Shown here: piece after piece, positions 46,728-52,140 of the stretch
Position numbering within the stretch: position 1 is the stretch's first letter
How the letters are laid out: the number at the start of each line of letters is the position of its first letter
Assembly (NCBI GenBank): GCA_964367055.1
Contig: CAYIWD010000001.1
Location: 1 to 52,140 of the forward strand
Direction of reading: 5' to 3'
DNA: 52,140 nt
Origin: an uncultured Candidatus Saccharibacteria bacterium
GTDB lineage: Bacteria; Patescibacteriota; Minisyncoccia; UBA6257; UBA9933
Made by a program: the position numbers and the translations under genes
Notes under the pieces: model-generated
The model's database searches: none
What the model saw: only the letters and a program-made list of their open reading frames with translations
Told to the model about the DNA's origin: nothing

Positions 46728-47046
46728 TATGCCCAGTATGAGAATTTCAAAATGGCATTATGTTTATGTATTATTAAGTCAGAAGGATGATGAATTTTAT
46801 ATTGGCTATACCCAAAATCTAAGAAAAAGAATCGATGAACATAATGCCCCAAAAAATTTTTCAACTAAATCAAGAATTCCCCTGACTTTGATTTATACTG
46901 ATGCATGTCTAAATAAAGAAGATGCTCAAAGAAGAGAAAGATATCTTAAAACTACGCAAGGTCGAAGATTTCTTAAATTAAGATTGAGGAAGTTTCTACA
47001 AAATGGTAATTGAAAAATTTAATTTGAAATTCCTCTACTGGGTATG
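46728..47046. mobile_element. Family-1 start-codon insertion C carrying a GIY-YIG ORF (311 bp between TATG copies)
   Basis: TATG|CCCAGTA ... TACTGGG|TATG. Arms ATGCCCAGTAtGAG-AATTTCAAA vs the reverse complement of the right end, ATaCCCAGTA-GAGgAATTTCAAA. The left ATG is the start of the GIY-YIG ORF and the right ATG is the start of the GT4 gene. Confidence 0.6.
46729..47013 (+). CDS. Small GIY-YIG (URI-domain) nuclease family protein
   Basis: 94 aa. HYVYVLLSQKDDEFYIGYTQNLRKRIDEHN ... RRERYLK. Confidence 0.8.
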   Translation: MPSMRISKWHYVYVLLSQKDDEFYIGYTQNLRKRIDEHNAPKNFSTKSRIPLTLIYTDACLNKEDAQRRERYLKTTQGRRFLKLRLRKFLQNGN

Positions 47047-48183
47047 GATATTATTATTTCTGTTGGCGCAAAATTTCACGCTTTTAATCTGGCTCAACAA
47101 CTTTTAAAGAGAGGATATTTAAAGCGTTTAATTACTTCTTATCCCAAATTTGAGACGGCTAAATACGGCATACCCAAAAGTAAGGTGCGGTCTATAATTA
47201 TTAAAGAAATTTTATTCAGGGGATGGAATAAACTGCCGGGATTTTTAAAAAGAATTTTTGATTTGCAGTTTTTTATTTTTGAATTATTTGATAAATTGGC
47301 TTCTCGAAAAATCTTGAAATCGGATATTTTTGTCGGCTGGTCCTGTTTTTCACTTCGCTCCTTAAGAAAAGCCCAAAAAATGGGTGCGATAACCATTATT
47401 GAAAGGGGCAGTTCGCACATTGTTTATCAAGATGAAATTTTAAGAGAAGAATACGGCCGGTTTGGCGCTAAAATTGCGCCGACGCCAAAAAAAATAATTG
47501 CCAAAGAATTAAAAGAATATGCCGAAGCTGATTACATTTCCATTCCTTCTTCTTTTGTTAAAAGAAGTTTTTTAGAGTATGGCGTAGATGAAAAAAAACT
47601 TATTCAAGTTCCTTACGGAGTGGACTTATCTAATTTTCGACAGATTCCCAAAACTGATAATGTTTTTCGCGTAATTTTTGCAGGCGGGATGAGCTTGAGA
47701 AAGGGGGTTCATTATTTGCTTCAAGCGTTTTCAGAATTAAAATTGCCGAATTCAGAATTGATGCTTATTGGCGGTATGAATGATGAGATTATGCCATTTT
47801 TTAAAAAATACGAAGGCAGTTATAAATATGTCGGGCACGTTGACCAAAAAGAATTATACAAATATTATTCTCAAGGGTCGGTTTTTGCGATAATGTCTAT
47901 TGAAGAGGGATTGGCCTTGGTTCAACCCCAGGCAATGGCTTGCGGTTTGCCTATTATCTGTACGACTAATACCGGCGGAGAAGATATAGTCAGAAATAAT
48001 ATTGATGGTTTTGTTATTCCTATTAGAGACATTGAAGCGCTAAAAGAAAAATTAATTTATCTTTACAAAAATCCGGAAATTCTTAAAACTATGAGTCAAT
48101 CTGCCAAAGAGCGCGTAAAAAATGATTTTACTTGGGATAAATATGGAGAAAAAATTATTGAAGCGTATAAACGATTATTATGA
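47044..48183 (+). CDS. GT4-family (GT-B) glycosyltransferase
   Basis: C-terminal EEGLALVQPQAMACGLPIICTTNTGGEDIV is the E-x7-E type GT4 signature region. Confidence 0.8.
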   Translation: MDIIISVGAKFHAFNLAQQLLKRGYLKRLITSYPKFETAKYGIPKSKVRSIIIKEILFRGWNKLPGFLKRIFDLQFFIFELFDKLASRKILKSDIFVGWSCFSLRSLRKAQKMGAITIIERGSSHIVYQDEILREEYGRFGAKIAPTPKKIIAKELKEYAEADYISIPSSFVKRSFLEYGVDEKKLIQVPYGVDLSNFRQIPKTDNVFRVIFAGGMSLRKGVHYLLQAFSELKLPNSELMLIGGMNDEIMPFFKKYEGSYKYVGHVDQKELYKYYSQGSVFAIMSIEEGLALVQPQAMACGLPIICTTNTGGEDIVRNNIDGFVIPIRDIEALKEKLIYLYKNPEILKTMSQSAKERVKNDFTWDKYGEKIIEAYKRLL

Positions 48184-49640
48184 TACAACGTTTAAAAGAA
48201 CTTATATTCAAAAATAAAACGTCCCGTCAAACAATGGCGAAAAACGTCTTTTGGCTGGCTATCGGACAATTTGGGAGCAGGTTAATTAGGTCGGCGATTA
48301 CTATTTATTCGGCGAGGCTTCTTGGCGCTTCTGAATACGGCATATTTTCTTACGCTTTGGGCATCGCGTCATTTTTTACGATTTTTTCTGATATCGGCAC
48401 AAGCGTTATCTTAACAAGAGAAGTCGCTAAAGAGCCGGAAAAAGAAAAAAATTATTTCGCGACTATTTTTGCGATTAGAACATTTTTGCTTATTTTTACG
48501 GCCGTGCTGCTAATCGCGGTTGCTCCGAGATTTATTAAAATTGAAAAAGCAGCGTACCTTATGCCGTTTGTTGCTTTGTTTACCATATTAGAGGGCTTTC
48601 GCGACGTTGCTTACGCCTTTTTTAAGGGCAAGGAGAAAATGGAACTTGAGGCAATTGTCACCTCCGCGGTTAATTTTGCGGTAACTGTTTTTGGATTTAT
48701 CGCGCTATCTATATCGCCAATGTCAGCGACTCTGCTTAAAGTTTATATCGCTGGGTCTCTTATTGGATTTTTTATGACCGTTTATCTTTTACGCGAGGAA
48801 TACCGCGGCATAATAAAATATTTTTCAAAAAAGTTAATTGGTCCAATAACCAAGGCTGCTTGGCCGATGGCGGCTGGCGGTCTTGTCGGCGCTTTTATGT
48901 CTAATGTAGACATATTAATGCTGGGTTGGTGGCGCACTGCGTCAGAAATCGGATTTTATTCTGTTGGGCAAAAAATTGTCGGTATGCTCTATATTATTGG
49001 CGGGTTAATGCCGACGGCGATATATCCCGCTGTTTCCCGTATTATTCATGAAAACGACAAAGAAAGAATAAGCAGCATTCTGTCAAAAACAATGATTATT
49101 GTTTTAATGGCGGCAGTGCCATTTTCAATTGGCGGCATTATTTTAGGAGACCAAATTATTAGATTGGTATTCGGCATTAATTATATAAATGCAGTGCCTG
49201 TGTTTAGGATTATGATTTTGTCGCTAATGGCAATATACCCCTTTTCCGTTCTTAATATCGCGATTCTTGGTTTTAATAAACAATCAAAATTATTTTGGTA
49301 TTCAATCATCGCTACCATAACGAATATAGTTTTAAACGCAGTTTTAATTCCTCCTTACGGAATAGAAGGCGCGGCGGCGGCGACGTTATTCGCTAATTCC
49401 CTGAATGTGTTTTTCCTTTGGCGCTCGGTAAAGAAACTAAATAATTTTATAATTTTGCCGGACCTGAAAAAGATATTTATTGGCGTGATTGGAATGGCGG
49501 TTATGGCGATATTTCTTAAGTACCTCGGAGTAATGCTTGTAGTAAACATTGTTATTTCCGGCGCTTTTTACTTCTTTATGTTATACGCGCTTAAAGAGAG
49601 AAATTTTAAAGAGTTATTGTCCTTGCTTCATATTTCATAA
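48180..49640 (+). CDS. Wzx-like oligosaccharide flippase (MOP superfamily polysaccharide biosynthesis protein)
   Basis: 486 aa with about 12-14 hydrophobic helices. N-terminal KNVFWLAIGQFGSRLIRSAITIYSARLLGASEYGIFSYAL is typical of the family. Confidence 0.75.
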   Translation: MIQRLKELIFKNKTSRQTMAKNVFWLAIGQFGSRLIRSAITIYSARLLGASEYGIFSYALGIASFFTIFSDIGTSVILTREVAKEPEKEKNYFATIFAIRTFLLIFTAVLLIAVAPRFIKIEKAAYLMPFVALFTILEGFRDVAYAFFKGKEKMELEAIVTSAVNFAVTVFGFIALSISPMSATLLKVYIAGSLIGFFMTVYLLREEYRGIIKYFSKKLIGPITKAAWPMAAGGLVGAFMSNVDILMLGWWRTASEIGFYSVGQKIVGMLYIIGGLMPTAIYPAVSRIIHENDKERISSILSKTMIIVLMAAVPFSIGGIILGDQIIRLVFGINYINAVPVFRIMILSLMAIYPFSVLNIAILGFNKQSKLFWYSIIATITNIVLNAVLIPPYGIEGAAAATLFANSLNVFFLWRSVKKLNNFIILPDLKKIFIGVIGMAVMAIFLKYLGVMLVVNIVISGAFYFFMLYALKERNFKELLSLLHIS

Positions 49641-49648
49641 CGTGGTTT

Positions 49649-49754
49649 ACCCCGTTAGAAGCAGAATGCCCCACGGTCTTGCCGCGAGGATGAATGCTTA
49701 AAAATAAATTAGTAAGCACGGGGTTTAATGCCCAGTGTGAGCTTCTAACGGGGT
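49649..49754. repeat. Intergenic copy of the ACCCCGTTAGAA palindromic element (E), containing a family-1 left-end motif
   Basis: Perfect 14-bp inverted repeat ACCCCGTTAGAAGC (49649-49662) / GCTTCTAACGGGGT (49741-49754). The interior shares AGCAGAAT..GCCCC with the copy at 11278. ATGCCCAGTGTGAGC at 49728 resembles the left end of element B. Confidence 0.6.
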
Positions 49755-49782
49755 TTACTTTCAACCATAGTCGGTTTAATAT
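49754..49782 (+). promoter_or_regulatory. Promoter-like TTTACT-17 nt-TAATAT (copy 2 of duplicated upstream block)
   Basis: Same hexamers and spacing as 28282-28310. 18 nt upstream of the ATG at 49800. Confidence 0.45.
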
Positions 49783-49799
49783 AGAAAATATAAATAAAT

Positions 49800-50711
49800 A
49801 TGAAAATTTTACTTACTGGCGGCGCGGGCTTTATCGGGAGTCATGTTGTTGATGCCTATATTAAAGCTGGCCACAAAGTTGTCGTTATAGACAATCTGGC
49901 AAGCGGTTTTAAGAAAAATTTAAACCCTAAGGCGAAATTTTATAAAATTGACATCAGAAATTACAAGGCCTTGGAAAAAATCATAAAAAAAGAAAAACCT
50001 CAAATTATCAGCCACCACGCCGCTGTTTCTGAAGTCGTAAAATCCATAAAAGACCCGAATTTAACCTATCAAGTAAACATCTTAGGGACAATAAATATTT
50101 TATTAGTCGGCGCGAGCGTTGGCGTTAAAAAAATAATTTTCGCTTCAAGCGCCGGAACAATTTATGGAAACGCCAAAAAATTGCCGGCTAAAGAAGATTC
50201 GCCTCTAAGTCCTTTGTCGCCCTATGCTATTTCCAAAATTGTCGGAGAAGAATTTGTTGAATTTTACGCCAAAATTTATAGTTTTGATTATTTAATACTG
50301 CGATACGCTAATGTTTACGGGCCCAGGCAAAACCCAAGAGGGGAAGCAGGGGTTATCGCTATTTTTACCGATTTAATGAAAAGAAATATGAGGCCGAAGA
50401 TTTTTGGCAATGGGAATAAAACGCGCGATTATATCTACATTGATGATATTACGGGAGCAAATACTTTTGGATTAAAAAGAGGTAAAAACGAAATTTTGAA
50501 TATTGGCAGCGGAAAAGAAATTTCTGACCGAAAAGTTTTTAATACCTTAGCTCAAGCAATTAATTTTAAAAGGCCGCCAATTTATGCGCCGTTTCGAAAA
50601 GGCGAAGTTTATCGGATTTATTCCGACTGCTCCCGCGCCAGAAAAATTCTTGGCTGGCAAACGAAAATAAATTTTGAACAAGGAATCAAAAAATATCTCA
50701 ATAATCTGTAA
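49800..50711 (+). CDS. NAD-dependent epimerase (UDP-glucose 4-epimerase/GalE-like SDR)
   Basis: MKILLTGGAGFIGSHVVD, ASSAGTIYG, PYAISKIVGE (YxxxK). The N-terminal 50 aa are closely parallel to the gene at 29085. Confidence 0.7.
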   Translation: MKILLTGGAGFIGSHVVDAYIKAGHKVVVIDNLASGFKKNLNPKAKFYKIDIRNYKALEKIIKKEKPQIISHHAAVSEVVKSIKDPNLTYQVNILGTINILLVGASVGVKKIIFASSAGTIYGNAKKLPAKEDSPLSPLSPYAISKIVGEEFVEFYAKIYSFDYLILRYANVYGPRQNPRGEAGVIAIFTDLMKRNMRPKIFGNGNKTRDYIYIDDITGANTFGLKRGKNEILNIGSGKEISDRKVFNTLAQAINFKRPPIYAPFRKGEVYRIYSDCSRARKILGWQTKINFEQGIKKYLNNL

Positions 50712-50729
50712 TAAAATCTGTAATAATAT

Positions 50730-51761
50730 TTAAAACCAATTACTTTCATGAAAACAAGCGCCGCAAACAGGGTGAAGATGGCGTTTATTTTCCAGATGTA
50801 ATTTTCGAAGATTTTCTAATGGCTTCCCATTGAATATCTCAAGTAAATTCTGAGAATTTACATCTCCTACAATTAATTTTCTTTTATCGCCGTCATCGCA
50901 GCAAGGTGCCACTCGGCCATCATAATAAATATAAACGTTTCCCCAGAGTTGCTTGCACGGCGAACACCAGATATTCTTTTTATGGATTTTTCCCAAAACA
51001 CCTATATTTTCAACAGATTGAGTGCCAACCCTATCCCACAAGTCGGCAGTTATAATCGCGTCTACCCCTTTCTGTTTTTGCCAAAATTTTACAAAATCAT
51101 TCATATCTTTTTTATTCAAGTGTAATTTTACAGTAGAAATCGAAACATATAAATCATGCTGGTGAAAGATTTCTTTTAAAGATAGAAAATCGATTATATT
51201 CTTATATGCGACATCTCTTTTTAGCCCAACCATTACAGCCTCATATGTCTCGGGTTTGTATCCGCAAACAGAAAAGTTTATGCTTTTTAATCCTCCCAAT
51301 TTAAACAAAATCTTTGCCTTTGATTTATCAAGCAAAGAACCATTAGTAAAAAATCCATAATTCATATTATATTTTCTTAAAAAACGTATCCTTTCAAATA
51401 TAAACGGATCCATAAACGGTTCGCCATATACGTTTAACCCCACATCTTTTATGCCAAGCGAATGGCACTCTTTGATTATTTTCTTAAACAAATCCATCTT
51501 CATTATCCCTGTTAATTGCTTGTAGGCATGGGCACACATAACGCATTTGGAATTGCAATTCAAACTCGTTTCTATAGAAACGCCATAATTACTGCGTGAA
51601 TATTTCAAGACATAATTTTGCGCCGCTTTTAACGTGTAAGATTTATAAAATCTATTTTTCCGTAAAACTGAAAGAGTGGTTTTAAACGCATCCATCAGTC
51701 GCGGCCTTCGTAAGGCGAATTTTACTAATTGATTTCTGATTTGCATTTTTTGTTTTATCAA
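50730..51761 (-). CDS. Radical SAM enzyme with SPASM domain
   Basis: ETSLNCNSKCVMCAH and YGEPFMDP. C-terminal CSPCKQLW...DGRVAPCCDD...HPVCGACFH. Confidence 0.8.
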   Translation of the reverse strand: MIKQKMQIRNQLVKFALRRPRLMDAFKTTLSVLRKNRFYKSYTLKAAQNYVLKYSRSNYGVSIETSLNCNSKCVMCAHAYKQLTGIMKMDLFKKIIKECHSLGIKDVGLNVYGEPFMDPFIFERIRFLRKYNMNYGFFTNGSLLDKSKAKILFKLGGLKSINFSVCGYKPETYEAVMVGLKRDVAYKNIIDFLSLKEIFHQHDLYVSISTVKLHLNKKDMNDFVKFWQKQKGVDAIITADLWDRVGTQSVENIGVLGKIHKKNIWCSPCKQLWGNVYIYYDGRVAPCCDDGDKRKLIVGDVNSQNLLEIFNGKPLENLRKLHLENKRHLHPVCGACFHESNWF

Positions 51762-51823
51762 TTTTATCCGATTTTTGATATTCTATAGCATCCGCCCAAA
51801 GGATTCAAGATTTATAAAATTAT

Positions 51824-51831
51824 TGTATAAT
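51824..51831 (+). promoter_or_regulatory. Extended -10 element TGTATAAT
   Basis: Ends 6 nt before the ATG at 51838, which is compatible with a leaderless or near-leaderless transcript. The -35 element is weak (TTCAAG, 16-nt spacer). Confidence 0.35.
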
Positions 51832-51837
51832 TAAAAT

Positions 51838-52140
51838 ATGAAAATTCTTCACCTAGTCCAATGCTATACTCCGGCTTACCGCTACGGCGGGCCGATTAAA
51901 AGCGTCCATGAGCTTAATAAGTGGCTGGTAAGAAGGGGGATTGAAGTTGCGGTTTATACCACCAATATTGACGGGCCTTATAAATTAGATGTGCCGCTTA
52001 ATCAAGAAGTAATTATTGACGGTGTAAAAGTTTATTATTTTCCAATAACTTTTCGGCCCTGGCAGTATTCCTTTTCCCTGCATCGGGCTTTGGCTAAAAA
52101 CTTAAAGTATTTTGATGCGGTTCACATTACCTCGGTTTTT
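51838..52140 (+). CDS. GT4-family glycosyltransferase, 5' partial (runs off window)
   Basis: Open frame from the ATG at 51838 to the window end. MKILHLVQCYTPAYRYGGPIKSVHELNKWLVRRGIEVAVYTT is a typical GT4 N-terminal domain. Confidence 0.65.
   Translation, partial: MKILHLVQCYTPAYRYGGPIKSVHELNKWLVRRGIEVAVYTTNIDGPYKLDVPLNQEVIIDGVKVYYFPITFRPWQYSFSLHRALAKNLKYFDAVHITSVF

Noticed and set aside
45956-47013. Methyltransferase + GIY-YIG nuclease as a restriction-modification pair
   Set aside because: The methyltransferase has only generic small-molecule class I motifs, with no DPPY/NPPY or PC-type DNA methyltransferase motifs. The nuclease is a 94-aa bare URI domain without a DNA-recognition domain, and it lies inside its own inverted-repeat cassette.
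1-52140. CRISPR arrays, tRNA, rRNA or other canonical RNA genes
   Set aside because: No regularly spaced direct repeats were seen. No GC-rich cloverleaf-like segments or rRNA-like stretches were seen either. All non-coding gaps are short and are accounted for by the hairpin and inverted-repeat elements, promoters and terminators listed.
1-52140. RiPP gene cluster (radical SAM/SPASM and B12-radical SAM maturases with a precursor peptide)
   Set aside because: No plausible precursor ORF lies next to any radical SAM gene. The short intergenic ORFs are the MPS... frames inside repeat elements and an antisense 17-codon frame at 43244. The surrounding genes are nucleotide-sugar enzymes, glycosyltransferases and a flippase, so a glycan role fits better.
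1-52140. Cobalamin or SAM riboswitch upstream of the radical SAM operons
   Set aside because: No B12-box-like or SAM-I-like conserved core was recognisable by eye in any intergenic region. This cannot be excluded without a covariance-model scan (Rfam RF00174, RF00162).

Overview
Low-GC window (hand counts of 100-nt samples give about 33% G+C). It is almost entirely coding, mostly on the + strand, with many ATGA-type start/stop overlaps. Small RAYT-like and GIY-YIG genes plus minimal intergenic space suggest a Patescibacteria/CPR-like bacterium, but that is inference only.

The window is one very large surface-glycan biosynthesis and modification island.
- 11 radical SAM enzymes: 7 with an N-terminal cobalamin-binding domain, 3 SPASM-type, 1 other.
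- 5 class I SAM methyltransferases.
- 8 glycosyltransferases (GT2, GT4, CgeB-like, GT-C-like), a Wzx-like flippase and 7 SDR epimerase/dehydratase/reductases.
- Two acetolactate-synthase-like ThDP enzymes.
- Parts of three nucleotide-sugar routes: CDP-glucose to 3,6-dideoxyhexose (rfbF, rfbG-like, rfbH); GDP-D-glycero-alpha-D-manno-heptose (hddA, gmhB-hddC fusion); and a GDP-6-deoxy/3-deoxy route (fcl-like, ColD-like, WcaH-like Nudix).

Several families of small palindromic or inverted-repeat elements are superimposed on the island.
- A 32-nt hairpin repeat flanks and interrupts an HUH/Y1 transposase-like gene. Its removal restores the reading frame.
- Three insertions sit exactly on gene start codons, bounded by TATG/CCCAGTA...TACTGGG/TATG. 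One of them carries a GIY-YIG nuclease ORF.
- A second GIY-YIG cassette is bracketed by a 17-bp inverted repeat.
- An ACCCCGTTAGAA...TTCTAACGGGGT element occurs once intergenically and once inside a coding region, where it appears to fuse a GT2 gene to a radical SAM gene.

Two segments of about 53-55% G+C look horizontally acquired. No rRNA, tRNA, CRISPR array or recognisable defence system was seen.
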